A stretch of 63,025 bases of DNA, counting the filler, from Octopus bimaculoides (Eukaryota): the NCBI RefSeq assembly GCF_001194135.2. It is 5 parts of 5 records of this genome, joined end to end, with 100 filler letters (N's around TTAATTAATTAA, not from the genome) between each part and the next. Parts side by side here need not be neighbours in the genome. Positions count along the whole stretch, not along the records: positions 1 to 17,991 come from NC_068998.1; 4 more parts are not named here. One strand, 5' to 3'. Numbering within the stretch: position 1 is the first letter of the stretch; every line of letters begins with the position of its first letter. Both the position numbers and the translations under genes were made by a program. Below, piece by piece: positions 1 to 15,250 of the stretch. The notes below the pieces were generated by a model. It saw only the letters and a program-made list of their open reading frames with translations, searched no databases and was not told where the DNA came from.

Positions 1-1025
1 GTAGAAACGAATATTATTATTTATTTATTTATTCATTTTCGTCCCTGATTTCTATTCCTTAATTTTTTTTCTTCGACAATTTTATTTTCCATTTTATTCT
101 ATCTTCGCATTTCTCACCACCCCCCTCCGCTCATTTTTATGCTTCTTTATTTATTGTCTCCATACAATATCACATTTATTATTTTTTTTATTATTATCTT
201 TTGTTCTTATCTCTTATTTATTTAGATTTTCATCACGATATTTCTTAAACATTTATTCATGAATTTCTCGTTATCTTTTATTCATTTTTCTTTATGCTTT
301 ACTCCCTGAACCTTTTTTTTTTCTTAGTCATTTAATCATTTATTAATTCTTCTGGTATTCATTTATTATCTTCCTTTATCACTCTTTAACTTTTCTTGTC
401 CCACTCCTTTCTTCCCTCCTACCTAAGTTTTACTCCGTCTAACTATCTCTCACTCTCTCCCTCTCTCTGTCTCTGTCTGTCTTTCTCTCTCTCACACACA
501 CACTCTCTCTGTCTCTCTCTCCAGCTCTTCTCAAATACGTTACATATATATGACTATGTGTCAGTATAGGGTGTTGTACGTACACACACACATATATACT
601 TGCAAGCATATACATGCCCAACTGACCCTACTATACTGTGTAGTCAACAAAATCAAAAACAAACAATGCACGAAATTAAAAATATAAAATGGCGTCCATT
701 TACTCATCGTACCCTGTGTATGTTTATATGCGCGCGCGCGCGCGTGTGTGTGTTTGTGCGTGTGTGTAAATTATATGTATGCGTTTATGTATAGGTATGT
801 GTATGTGTGTGTATATATGTTATATACAAGCAGCAGGAACACAGAAATCACACATATATACACTGATATGTCCGTGTATACGCTGTAGAAAATTTTTCTG
901 TAAATAAACATGTCACCATTGTAGGGGAACGTGTGCTGTGATTGACGTCATAGCTATGACCTAACGCAGTGTACAATTTCCCTAATTAAACCACTGATAA
1001 ATACATATCTGTTTCTTCCGAACAG

Positions 1026-1123
1026 ACATACAGTCCGGCCATGACGAGCAAGGAGTGCGGGGTTTCACTGCTGCTCACCGAAAGCCACCAACACCACCGC
1101 TGCTGCCACCTAGCAATAAATAA
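1026..1123 (+). CDS. Candidate terminal coding exon, product unknown
   Basis: Acceptor GTTTCTTCCGAACAG|. GC-rich segment reading IQSGHDEQGVRGFTAAHRKPPTPPLLPPSNK-stop, with AATAAA motifs at and after the stop. No family recognised. Confidence 0.2.
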
Positions 1124-1353
1124 CGAAAATAAAATAAGAAACGTAGTTCGGACTGTCATGTAAGAAATAGAAAGAAAGAAACAAGCAAGAAAGAAATAAT
1201 GAAAGAAGAAGCGAAAGAAAGAGAGGGAAGGATAGAACGAAATAAGTAAACGTTTAAATTTTATCACACGTGACCGCTTTCATAAAACACTGTTTCTTAC
1301 TGTTTGATGGCGGTTTGTTAGCGCGAAGATTAACTGATATTGTCCATGTTTGT

Positions 1354-1412
<59 letters not shown>

Positions 1413-1729
1413 TTTATAGGTCTATTCGTGTATTGATGTATGTATGGACGCATGAATACGTATGTATGTAAGTATATATTTGTGTGAAAAATGTACGTGA
1501 GAATACGCGTATACGTTGTGTATATGCATGTGTTCTTCTCTCTTTCTGTTTGTCTGTATACACCCACCCGCATTAAGACACATAGGTAGATAAACAGATA
1601 AATAAATAGAGAAAGAGAGAGAGAGAGAGGTAGATAGATAGATAGATAAATAGATTGATAGATAGAGAGAGAGAGAGACAGGCATACAGAGACAGACAGA
1701 CAAACAGACAGACAGACAGTCACACAGGC

Positions 1730-1785
<56 letters not shown>

Positions 1786-2365
1786 CTTTCTCTGTTTCTC
1801 ACCCTCTTTCTCTCTCACATACACACACACACACACGCATGTCCATTTCATATATCTTTCAATTTCTACTCTCTGCAAATAAAATTTTTACGGATACAAC
1901 TGCTTACAAAAATTGGGATTAATGTATAATTTCTTTCTTTGTTCATAATTAAATAAATATTTTAATGATTTCACAGAATGTCCAATAGAATAGCTCTCAG
2001 AAACAGACTACGTACAAATTCATTCTTCACAACTCCTGAAGCCATTTTCTGACAGGGGGTGATGAAATCTTCATACAGCTAGAGGCTCCAATCGAAACAG
2101 GGGACCCGAATTGATAAAGTTGAGAAACGCTGTTATAGATTATGCCTAACCGAAAACGATCACAGCCACATCATCCAAACAGGCCAGATGAAACTGGGTT
2201 TAGCTGCTAGTACTATATAAAGGTGTGTGTGTATGTGTGTGCATGTGCGTGTGTGTGTACGTGTGTGTATGTGTGTTTGTATGTGTGTGTATGTGTGTTC
2301 GTGTGCGTACGTTTCTGTGTGTGCGTGCGTGTAAAACATTATGCATCATTCTGTTATTCGCTTAT

Positions 2366-2751
2366 TCTTTTACTTCTTTCATTTATTTTGGACTGCGGCC
2401 ATGCTGGAGCGCCACCTTAAAGTGTTTTAGTCGAAGAGATCGACTCCATGAGTCATTCTTTGTAAGCCTAGTACTTATTCTGTCTGCACAGTTTACGGGG
2501 ACATAAACATATCAACATCGGTTGTCAAGCGATGACGTGAGTGACAAACACAGACACAAAGACACACACATAGTTATATACACATACATATATACGAAGG
2601 CTACTTTCAGTTTCCGTCTAACAAATCCTCTCACAAGGCTTTGGTCAGCCCGAGGCTGTAGTAGAAGACACTTGCCCGAGGTACCATGCAGTGGGACTGA
2701 ACACGGAACCATGTGGTTTGGAAGCAAGCTTCTCTCTACACAGCCACGCCT
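2366..2751 (-). mobile_element. SINE family 1
   Basis: Reverse complement of the 46851-47240 family. Confidence 0.85.
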
Positions 2752-3560
2752 ATATATCATATTTTATAAGGAAGCACTCCAGTTTGGCAACACAGAAACA
2801 AGATGCATTTCACGCTAAAGACGTAGAGCGGAAGTGAGTGTGTTTGAGAGAGCGGAAGTAACTATAAGAGAAATACAAAGACGTATTTTTTAAAAGTGAA
2901 AGTGAAAGTGCTAGAGGGAATGATACTTGGCATAAGAGGTATTACAAGTACGCATTATTCGAGTACGCATTATTTGAGTATTCTAGTACGCATTATTAAA
3001 TCGAATGGAAAACGCAGATGTTTAAGTGGCGTACAATAAAACGATATCTGTATGAAACTCGCAAATTTACTATGGATATTGTGCTGTAAAATCTTATATA
3101 ATAACGACAAGTATATGTAAATCTAAAACATTTTGCAAATAATAGCGTAATATTTACATATATATGCTTGTATGTGTGTGTGTGTGTATTTATGTATGTA
3201 TGTATGTATGTATGAATGTATAGCACTATTAGTTTAAATGTAATTATTATATGAACCATTAAACCGTTCAGTGGACCAGTAAATTATATTTTGAGAAGAG
3301 GACAAAGTTGCTGTTGTTTTGACGAGGCAAGTGTCTGGGATGTTCATACACCATGTCACACTATCGCTTCCGACGGGGTAGGGCAGAGAGATTAGCATAT
3401 TTACTGTTTATAAACTACTGCTTATATTTTATTAGTAAGTACAAAGAAAAGGCGTAAATTTCAATTAAGAATTTATCAATGATTTTTAGCCGTCATTTTA
3501 AATGGATGCACTATTAATTATAATTGATAAAACAGCGGTTAATAAGACATATATTTAAAT

Positions 3561-3587
<27 letters not shown>

Positions 3588-3592
<5 letters not shown>

Positions 3593-3777
3593 ATGTAAAC
3601 GCACCAGCATCGGTTGTCAAGCGATGTTGGGGGGGACAAACACAGACACACAAATATATACACGCACATACATACATACATATATATACGACGAGCTTCT
3701 TTCTGTTTCCGTCTACTAAATCCATTCACAAGGCTTTGGTCGGCTCGAGGCTGTAGTAGAAGACACTTGCACAAGGT
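3588..3777 (-). mobile_element. SINE family 1, partial (cut by gap)
   Basis: Body match CAGCATCGGTTGTCAAGCGATGTTGGGGGGACAAAC. Confidence 0.8.
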
Positions 3778-4348
3778 NNNNNNNNNNNNNNNNNNNNNNN
3801 NNNNNNNNNNNNNNNNNNNNNNNNNNNNNNNNNNNNNNNNNNNNNNNNNNNNNNNNNNNNNNNNNNNNNNNNNNNNNNNNNNNNNNNNNNNNNNNNNNNN
3901 NNNNNNNNNNNNNNNNNNNNNNNNNNNNNNNNNNNNNNNNNNNNNNNNNNNNNNNNNNNNNNNNNNNNNNNNNNNNNNNNNNNNNNNNNNNNNNNNNNNN
4001 NNNNNNNNNNNNNNNNNNNNNNNNNNNNNNNNNNNNNNNNNNNNNNNNNNNNNNNNNNNNNNNNNNNNNNNNNNNNNNNNNNNNNNNNNNNNNNNNNNNN
4101 NNNNNNNNNNNNNNNNNNNNNNNNNNNNNNNNNNNNNNNNNNNNNNNNNNNNNNNNNNNNNNNNNNNNNNNNNNNNNNNNNNNNNNNNNNNNNNNNNNNN
4201 NNNNNNNNNNNNNNNNNNNNNNNNNNNNNNNNNNNNNNNNNNNNNNNNNNNNNNNNNNNNNNNNNNNNNNNNNNNNNNNNNNNNNNNNNNNNNNNNNNNN
4301 NNNNNNNNNNNNNNNNNNNNNNNNNNNNNNNNNNNNNNNNNNNNNNNN

Positions 4349-4382
<34 letters not shown>

Positions 4383-5676
4383 GCATATCAATAGTTATAT
4401 AGTTATATCTATAGTTATAATTGTATAGATATACATATATACAAACACACATATATGAGTATATATATATTTCTCTCCTTGTCTATCTTCTCTCTATATA
4501 CATATGTGTGCCTGTATCTTTGGATCTCACTCTCTCTCTCTCTCTCACTCTCTCTTCCTGTTTTTCTCTCCCCCAACATATATATATATTCCATACATAT
4601 ATATGTATACATATATATACACACATATGCATACATATATATGCATATGTATACGTATATTTGTATACATACACATGTATATATATAAGTGTATATATAT
4701 ATATATATATATATACATACATATACTTATATATATANNNNNNNNNNNNNNNNNNNNNNNNNNNNNNNNNNNNNNNNNNNNNNNNNNNNNNNNNNNNNNN
4801 NNNNNNNNNNNNNNNNNNNNNNNNNNNNNNNNNNNNNNNNNNNNNNNNNNNNNNNNNNNNNNNNNNNNNNNNNNNNNNNNNNNNNNNNNNNNNNNNNNNN
4901 NNNNNNNNNNNNNNNNNNNNNNNNNNNNNNNNNNNNNNNNNNNNNNNNNNNNNNNNNNNNNNNNNNNNNNNNNNNNNNNNNNNNNNNNNNNNNNNNNNNN
5001 NNNNNNNNNNNNNNNNNNNNNNNNNNNNNNNNNNNNNNNNNNNNNNNNNNNNNNNNNNNNNNNNNNNNNNNNNNNNNNNNNNNNNNNNNNNNNNNNNNNN
5101 NNNNNNNNNNNNNNNNNNNNNNNNNNNNNNNNNNNNNNNNNNNNNNNNNNNNNNNNNNNNNNNNNNNNNNNNNNNNNNNNNNNNNNNNNNNNNNNNNNNN
5201 NNNNNNNNNNNNNNNNNNNNNNNNNNNNNNNNNNNNNNNNNNNNNNNNNNNNNNNNNNNNNNNNNNNNNNNNNNNNNNNNNNNNNNNNNNNNNNNNNNNN
5301 NNNNNNNNNNNNNNNNNNNNNNNNNNNNNNNNNNNNNNNNNNNNNNNNNNNNNNNNNNNNNNNNNNNNNNNNNNNNNNNNNNNNNNNNNNNNNNNNNNNN
5401 NNNNNNNNNNNNNNNNNNNNNNNNNNNNNNNNNNNNNNNNNNNNNNNNNNNNNNNNNNNNNNNNNNNNNNNNNNNNNNNNNNNNNNNNNNNNNNNNNNNN
5501 NNNNNNNNNNNNNNNNNNNNNNNNNNNNNNNNNNNNNNNNNNNNNNNNNNNNNNNNNNNNNNNNNNNNNNNNNNNNNNNNNNNNNNNNNNNNNNNNNNNN
5601 NNNNNNNNNNNNNNNNNNNNNNNNNNNNNNNNNNTATCTATCTATCTATCTATCAATCTATCTTTCTCAATATATG

Positions 5677-5710
<34 letters not shown>

Positions 5711-5792
5711 TAGATAGATAGATAGATAGATAGATAAATGTGTGTGTATTTTTCTTTACATATGCACACTATATACATATGTATGTATATAC

Positions 5793-5832
<40 letters not shown>

Positions 5833-6292
5833 ATATGTGTGCTTATGTGTAAATGTATATAATCGTGTGTGCATGCATGAATGGATGTATGTGTATATAT
5901 GTATGTGTATATGTGTGTGTGTGTATGTATATATGTATGTATTATCTCGGCTATATTTGCATACTGGTGATTTCTTCGATTCTTGGTCACAAATAACTGG
6001 GTCCCTATGAGTGTTTGAGAAACTGCGCTGTATTGGACAGGGCTTGGAGTGCGTTTTGTGTATTAATTTCGCATTCATGGAAAAAATACTTTATGACGTT
6101 GCCCTCTTCAAACTGACGACCGCTTGAGAAGCAATGTCCTTGCACTCATAATAGGTTTTGCAATTCTAAGAAACACGCACGAACAATAATATACGTATCT
6201 GTATGTACACAATATACGTCTCTGTATGTACATATATATATATATATATATATATANNNNNNNNNNGCCTACGAACTTTTCAACTCACCCTC

Positions 6293-6333
<41 letters not shown>

Positions 6334-6789
6334 CTTCTATCTTTCTTATACACATGCACATACGAACTCACACACAATCTCACTTCCTCAAACTCATGGA
6401 AGAGTATCTATCCATACACGCACAAACATACAGACACACACATACACACACAGGGACACACAGACATACACATATGCAATCCACACACTCCTACGTATAC
6501 ACACATACACATAACCACACGATAGCGCATATCATTTCAGAAATGCACTTACTTACGCACTCGCAGACCCACATATATTCACGCTCTTCTGTTCACACGC
6601 ATCATCATACACACACACATACACACTTACATGCACACACACACATACACACATAAACATACACACACGTGTGCACAAACAAATATATGCACTCACTTTC
6701 ACAGTCAATTGACACATTAGCCCCCACCCCCCATACACCACCCCCACCCATGCCCTTCTACAGTCGTTAATATTTTCCTCGCTCTTTCT

Positions 6790-6937
6790 CCTCAGTAAGA
6801 AGAAGAAGAAAAAGAAGAAGAAAAAGAAGAAGATGATGATGATGATGAGGAGGAGGAGGAGGAGGGTAATAAGGAGGAGGGTAATAAAGAGGAGTAGGGT
6901 AATAAGGAGGAGGAGGAGGAGGAGGAGGAGGAGGAGG

Positions 6938-6968
<31 letters not shown>

Positions 6969-7524
6969 GATGTTGATGATGATGAATAAACGTAGAAAAA
7001 ATGAAGAAGGAGAAGAAGAAGAAGAATGGAAACAAGAACATGAAGACTTAGAGGAAGAAAGAAAAGAGAGAAGAGAAAGAAGAGAAGATGATGAGAACGC
7101 AAAGCAAAGACAGCAACAACGACAAGATTAAAAACAACGAATTACTTAATCATCCGATCATCCGGAATGAAAAGAAAGAAAGAAAGAAAGAAAGAATTAA
7201 GGAATAAATTCGGCAAAGGAATGAAGAGAGAAGAAGAAAGTAGAAAAAAATGAGAGTGAAATGTTCTGTGATGAAATGACACTTTGCGTTTGTATCCAAT
7301 TCTTCAAAATTCTTGAAAGATTAGTGACAAACGGCATCGGTTGAGAGGAGATAATCACAGAACTATCACACCTACACCTCCCAGGGATCCTGGAATTGTA
7401 ACAACAACAACAACAACAAGATCAACAACAAAATAACGAAAATTTAAAAAGAAATAATAATTTTAATAATAATAGTAATAGTAGTAGCAGCAGCAGCAGT
7501 ATTAGTAGTAGTAGTGGTAGTAGC

Positions 7525-7584
<60 letters not shown>

Positions 7585-8781
7585 TTGAACTCCAGCACAA
7601 AACACTACCAGCGTCATAGCTTATCATCATCATCATCATCATCATCATCGTCATCATTGACGTGGTCGTCGTCGTCGTAGTCTTGCAGCCATCTTTTGGT
7701 GTCAGCACTCCATTCCGTCATTTTGAACGTTATAGATGTCTATCTATCTATCAATCTTTCTATCTGTCTATCTATCTGTCTGTCTATCTATCTATCTATC
7801 TGTCTGTCTGTCTGTCTATTTATCTCGCTCTCTCTCTCTCCCTATATATATATANNNNNNNNNNNNNNNNNNNNNNNNNNNNNNNNNNNNNNNNNNNNNN
7901 NNNNNNNNNNNNNNNNNNNNNNNNNNNNNNNNNNNNNNNNNNNNNNNNNNNNNNNNNNNNNNNNNNNNNNNNNNNNNNNNNNNNNNNNNNNNNNNNNNNN
8001 NNNNNNNNNNNNNNNNNNNNNNNNNNNNNNNNNNNNNNNNNNNNNNNNNNNNNNNNNNNNNNNNNNNNNNNNNNNNNNNNNNNNNNNNNNNNNNNNNNNN
8101 NNNNNNNNNNNNNNNNNNNNNNNNNNNNNNNNNNNNNNNNNNNNNNNNNNNNNNNNNNNNNNNNNNNNNNNNNNNNNNNNNNNNNNNNNNNNNNNNNNNN
8201 NNNNNNNNNNNNNNNNNNNNNNNNNNNNNNNNNNNNNNNNNNNNNNNNNNNNNNNNNNNNNNNNNNNNNNNNNNNNNNNNNNNNNCATACATATACATTT
8301 ATATTTGTTTGTCTTTCTTTTGTATTGTTTTTTTTCTTTTCTTTCTTTTTTTTTACTTTACCGTGCATTTTTCTTTTTAATTTCCTTCGCCTTAAATCCG
8401 TGTTTATTTAAATCCGCGAAAATATCTACGATTTATGAAGATTTTTTTTTTTGCCGTAAACAATATTTAAATCATTTGTAGTTGAAGTGTGGTGAGAAGT
8501 CACGGTTGGAGAGGCAACAGGAAATGATGTTGATGGTGGTGGAGGGAGCGTGGTATGATGATGACGATGATGATGACGATGCGGATGACAGCGGTGACAA
8601 CAACGATGATTTTGACGATAAATATGAGGACAAAGATGATGATGAGGATGATGAGGATGATGAGGATGATGATAACACAGGTGATAGTGGTGGTGGTGGT
8701 GGTGATATAGAAGATGATGATGTCGACTACCACGACTATGAGGATGATGATGACTACGACGACCACCACGACGAAGATGTT

Positions 8782-8854
<73 letters not shown>

Positions 8855-8954
8855 CTACGACGACTAAAACGATGATGATGATAACGATGATGATGGTAAT
8901 GATAATGATGATGACGTTAATGATGATGATTACGACGACGACGACGACGACGAC

Positions 8955-8999
<45 letters not shown>

Positions 9000-9374
9000 G
9001 GTGATGATGATGAGGCGCACCACGATGGTGATGACATCGACGACGACGGTGATGACGATAATGATTACGATTATGATGGTGCAGCAACCATATAAATATG
9101 AAAATAATGTTTAAGCTAAACCATCAACTAAACCATCAAGCAAATACGCGACCGAAACGTCAAAATACAACACAACCAAACCAACCAACAATCGACAACT
9201 TCTCACAGATACACACACACACACACACACACACGGACATACACTCACACACACAAGCAACTACACGCAAACACTTACACACACAAGATCGCGCGCGCAC
9301 ACACACAAACATATATATATATACAAACAAACACAAACACATACACAGATATATATATACAACGATATACACAC

Positions 9375-9468
<94 letters not shown>

Positions 9469-9876
9469 TTATACAAACACATGCGCAAACATATATATAT
9501 ACAAACACATACACATACACACATACAAACAAACACACATACAAAAACACACATGCAAACAAAAATTCACATACAAACACACACACACTTGCACAGACTC
9601 ACACGCATAACTCACCTTCGCACCGCATAATCACATTGACATAAGCAACACAAAAGAAACACATCACATCAAACGCATAAACGCACGTCCGCACATTACA
9701 TATACACAAAATACTCCATACACACACACACACACACACATACACACATACACAAACAAGCTCTCCCCTCCCCCTCTCTCTCTCTCTAAAACAGAACAAA
9801 AACGACACAAATCGTATTTAATCAAACGTTCAACGATGAATAACAAATTGATTGTATTTCGGAAGTGATTTATCCT

Positions 9877-9908
<32 letters not shown>

Positions 9909-10088
9909 GCTTTTGTTTTTCGTTTTCCGTTTTTGTGTTTTTGTGTTGTTTTTGCTTTTGTTTTTATATTTCTTATCACTTTTGAGATAGAATTTGGTGA
10001 CGTACGAGAAATGCCTCTTCATTGATAAACCAACAAACAAGAAGTCGAATTCACTAAGAAAACAGTGAACAAACTGTCATAAACGTAA

Positions 10089-10120
<32 letters not shown>

Positions 10121-10356
10121 ATACATACATGAATACATACTATTATGCACATTATATATTATATATATATATGTTTATATATATATAGAGAGAGATACGT
10201 ACATATACATATGTATATATAAATTTATACATGCATGTATAAATACACATATATGTATATACATATATATATACACACACGTATAGATAGCGATATACGT
10301 ATGTATGTATGTATATATATATGTGTGTATGTGTGAGTGTGCGTATGCATTCATAC

Positions 10357-10406
<50 letters not shown>

Positions 10407-11272
10407 TTGCATATATATATATGTGTGTGTGTGTATGTGTGCGTGTATGTATATTCTGTATATATGTGAGAATCTATGTATATATACACGTATGTAGATA
10501 GGTATGTATGTATATATATGTCTCTGTATGTATGTATCTATGTATTACGTATGTATGTATGCAGATAAATCTTTTTGCGGATAGCAGAAATCTCCTGATC
10601 GGAATTAGTTTAATTCCTTATCGATTAAGTAAACTTGCATGGAAATTAGTTTCTTTCCTTTTAATTTGTTTCCAATTCTGAGTTATTGACGGAAACATTA
10701 AAGTGCGATGACTAAACTGACTTCCGTTGGTCGGTCACGTTTTTACATTCAAAGTTCAAATCTCACCTTCATTGATTTTGCCGATGTGTTTTTTTTTTTC
10801 CTATGGTCAATAAAATTAAAGGGCCTATCTAACTTTGGACTGGCGTTACATATTCCACTTATTTAAAATTTGACAACGGCAACACGAGTGCTAATCTGGT
10901 TTGATCCCTGTCTTTACCCTGGGTAACTTCGATGCTGTACTAAGGGGAAATTTGGTGCATGTGTTAACTACTGGGCCGACGTATAAAACAAACTTTTATC
11001 TAGCTGTCTATATACACAATCAATCTTAGAAAATTTCTAGAACCACCGATGTTATTACTGGCCTTTTTTAAGTATTCCATTTTTCTAGTCCTTGGAGTTT
11101 AAATTTCATTGACCCATTGTAACCAAATTCCAGAATTTTAAATCTATCTCTTGGATATATATTCTTCCCGGCACTTTTTGCTTCTTTTTTTTTTGTCTCT
11201 CGATGATGAAAATACGTATCTCCAAGAGTTTTCAAAGCCTTGTGCCTAGAGTAGAAATAACTATTATTATTA

Positions 11273-11344
<72 letters not shown>

Positions 11345-11416
11345 TATTACTACTAATACAACTACCAGTAACAAGCAATAACAGCAGCAGTAGCAGCAGC
11401 AAAGCAGGAAGTAGTG

Positions 11417-11454
<38 letters not shown>

Positions 11455-11634
11455 TCTTTAACTCTCAACCTACTTTGGTGACATTATCGATTGAGGAAGT
11501 ACGTGTTAATCCGTCGCCTTGAACATGTCACATGGCGCTCAGATTATATTTTACGAGATTAGTGATGGACGCTAGAGGTCGCTGGGGCGTACGACTGTAT
11601 GCGTATACGTGTGTGAGTGTTTGCATTCATATGT

Positions 11635-11671
<37 letters not shown>

Positions 11672-11930
11672 TTTATGCAGGCGGTGGTGATGGCGATGGT
11701 GGTGGTGGTCGTGGTGGTCGTCGTCGTGGTAGATGTGACAATTTGCGTTAACATAACTGTTGTTATTCTTCTGGTTGTTGTCGTGCACGAGCGTAACAAT
11801 TTTTTCTTTTGATTGTCACTGATTTTTGAAGTTCTTCTTCTTGTTGTTGTTGTTGTTGTTATTGGTATTTTTCAGTCGTTACTTTTATTACTATCGTTTC
11901 TACTATTTTGTCATTGCCGTTGTTATTGTC

Positions 11931-12003
<73 letters not shown>

Positions 12004-12098
12004 TGTTGCTGTTGTTGTTTTGTTGCTGTTGTTGTTGTTATTATTGTCGTTGTTGTTCTTATTATTATTATCATCATTATTATTATTATTATTATCAA

Positions 12099-12146
<48 letters not shown>

Positions 12147-12149
12147 CAA

Positions 12150-12197
<48 letters not shown>

Positions 12198-12217
12198 CAT
12201 CACTATTATTATTATTA

Positions 12218-12260
<43 letters not shown>

Positions 12261-13292
12261 CATNNNNNNNNNNNNNNNNNNNNNNNNNNNNNNNNNNNNN
12301 NNNNNNNNNNNNNNNNNNNNNNNNNNNNNNNNNNNNNNNNNNNNNNNNNNNNNNNNNNNNNNNNNNNNNNNNNNNNNNNNNNNNNNNNNNNNNNNNNNNN
12401 NNNNNNNNNNNNNNNNNNNNNNNNNNNNNNNNNNNNNNNTTATTAATATCATTATTATTATTCTTATCATTATTATTATTTTTATTATCATTATTATTAT
12501 TATTGTTATTATTATTATCATTATTATTATTCTTATCATTATTATTATTATTATCATTATTATTATTAGTGTTGTTATCATTATCATCATCATCATCAGC
12601 ATCATCATTAGTATCAATATTATTATCATTATTATTCATATTGCTATAGCTTCTGTCATTATTACCGCTGTCGTTGCTTGCTTGCTCGATGATATTGCTG
12701 TTGTTATTGTTAATATTATTCCTGTAAATACTATCGTTGTCACTGTTTTGTTAATACTGCTGTCATTTATATTGTTTTCTTTTCCATTATCTTTCTTATA
12801 TTTATTATGATTATTATTGTGACTATTTTAATAGTTATTTTTAATATCATTGTAATTCTTGTTAAAGCTGACATCGTTGTCCTTACAGCCGTTTCTATTG
12901 TTGTTGTTACTATTGTTAGTTGCTGTCATTGCTGTCATTGTTGTTGTTTTTGCTGTTGTTACTGTCGTCGTCGTCCTCCTTGTTGTTGCTGTTGTTGTTA
13001 CTTAAAATGTATTTCATTTTGAATTCCATTTTGAAGTCAACAGTGATCGCTGTTTTTTTTTTATTTTTGTGTACCGTTTGTGTTGTTGTTGTTGTTGTTG
13101 TTGCTGCTACTACTGCTGTGGAAGATGATTATGATGATGATGATGATGAAGAGAAATGAAAGGTAGGAGAGAGTGAGCATCAGGGTAATGGCATTGACGA
13201 CAACGATGGAAATGACAATGTGATTGTGAAAGAGAGATGGACGGCGATGACAGAGATGGAGATTATAACTGTGTTGATGTGGATGATGGTGA

Positions 13293-13328
<36 letters not shown>

Positions 13329-13397
13329 TGATGATGATGATGATGAGGAGGAGGAGGAGGAGGAGGAGGAGGAGGATGGTGGTGGTGATGATGATGG

Positions 13398-13428
<31 letters not shown>

Positions 13429-13476
13429 NNNNNNNNNNNNNNNNNNNNNNNNNNNNNNNNNNNNNNNNNNNNGTGA

Positions 13477-13512
<36 letters not shown>

Positions 13513-13581
13513 TGATGATGATGATGATGAGGAGGAGGAGGAGGAGGAGGAGGAGGAGGATGGTGGTGGTGATGATGATGG

Positions 13582-13614
<33 letters not shown>

Positions 13615-13873
13615 TGACGATGACGACGGTGAAATGATGATGACGACGTGATGATGATGAAGAGGAGGTGGAGGAGGAGGGGAGGACGAAGATGACAATG
13701 ACACCGAAGACGAGACGAGACGGCAGGCATTGTCGAACTAGGTGCGATTTGAACCCGAATAACAGAGGTCCGTGCAATATACATCGCAAAGAATTCTATA
13801 AAAGAATCGAACGCCTTTACCGATTTACCGCCTAAATATATATGTATAGTTCTGTATGTGTGTGGTGCATGTA

Positions 13874-13943
<70 letters not shown>

Positions 13944-13983
13944 TGCATACATACATACGTACATACATGCATACATACATACA

Positions 13984-14016
<33 letters not shown>

Positions 14017-14230
14017 GTACACACAGATTCATGCAAACGCTGAAATGTTGAAATGTATGGATACACATACATACTATGATTGGTATATAAATAAAAAATG
14101 CAGTTATGTATTTTTGTGTGTGCGTGAGAGTGTTTACGAATGTGTATGCGCGTATGATGCCAATATTCCAGTGTGTCCTATTTATCCTATATATATGTGC
14201 ATATAAACCCATGCCTATATATGTAACCAG

Positions 14231-14271
<41 letters not shown>

Positions 14272-14842
14272 CATACATACTATATATATATGTGTGTAAA
14301 CGTATAGATACATACATACATACATACATACATACATACATACATGCATGCATGCATACATACATATATTTATGTGTAGAGCGGACGAGAGAGCGCACTT
14401 AGACCATATTATAAATATATTCATTATAAGATGTCGTCAGATTCATTACAAGACGAAGCAATGAGCCGTGCAACAGCACAAGCTCTTGGTCAATAGTTAA
14501 TGAAACCGGAAGTGAGTGATAGCTGCTATCAATGTCAGCATTGCTATACCTTTTCCGGTGACAAGTCTCCAAGATGGCTACCGTAAAATATTCATAAACC
14601 AGTTGCTATTGTGGTTAACATGTTCCATTGTTCTTTTCTCTTATTCTTCGAACAACCTTCAATAGAGAGATAAAAAATATATACATATATACTATTTACT
14701 GAGGGAAGACTGGTCGAGTTTGTCACACAAGTTCTTTTATATAAATGTGTATGTGTATGTGTTATTTATATGTGTGTGTATATGCGTGTGTGTGTGTACA
14801 AATGTATTTATACATACATATATACACACATACAACCATATG

Positions 14843-14915
<73 letters not shown>

Positions 14916-15039
14916 GCACAAGAACATGGATAAATGACTATATATCTATAGTCGTAAATACATGTATAAATACATCCACAAATACGTATATATGCGTAAT
15001 TGTGTAGATGTATATACATGTAATCATTAGCATATGTAT

Positions 15040-15090
<51 letters not shown>

Positions 15091-15172
15091 TATCATCATA
15101 TCGTGCATGTGTTATACATTCGCAGCTACACATACACACACATACTCACTTATACACATATAAATGCGTATC

Positions 15173-15214
<42 letters not shown>

Positions 15215-15250
15215 CATGTGTGCGTGCGTGCGTGTGTGTCAGTGTGTGTG
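6790..15250. repeat. Dense field of di-, tri- and tetranucleotide microsatellites (GAA, GAG, TAG, GAT, ATT, GTT, TA, CA, CATA)
   Basis: Read directly. These repeats account for the homopolymeric ORFs in the track. Confidence 0.95.

Noticed and set aside
943-960. CRE site TGACGTCA overlapping the 14-bp palindrome GTCATAGCTATGAC
   Set aside because: A few palindromes of this length are expected by chance in a window this size.
2100-2220. RCYRLCLTE resembling the PLE CxLCLTEK motif
   Set aside because: Flanking residues do not continue the pattern, so it is too short to support.
8482-9114. 210-aa Asp/Met-rich ORF resembling an acidic matrix protein
   Set aside because: It is a degenerate GAT/GAC repeat that slips from poly-D to poly-M within the frame, which points to non-coding microsatellite.
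13285-13612. Direct duplication of a compound GAC/GAT/GAG/GGT repeat
   Set aside because: The copies flank a short N gap and are near-identical, so this is most likely overlapping contig ends.
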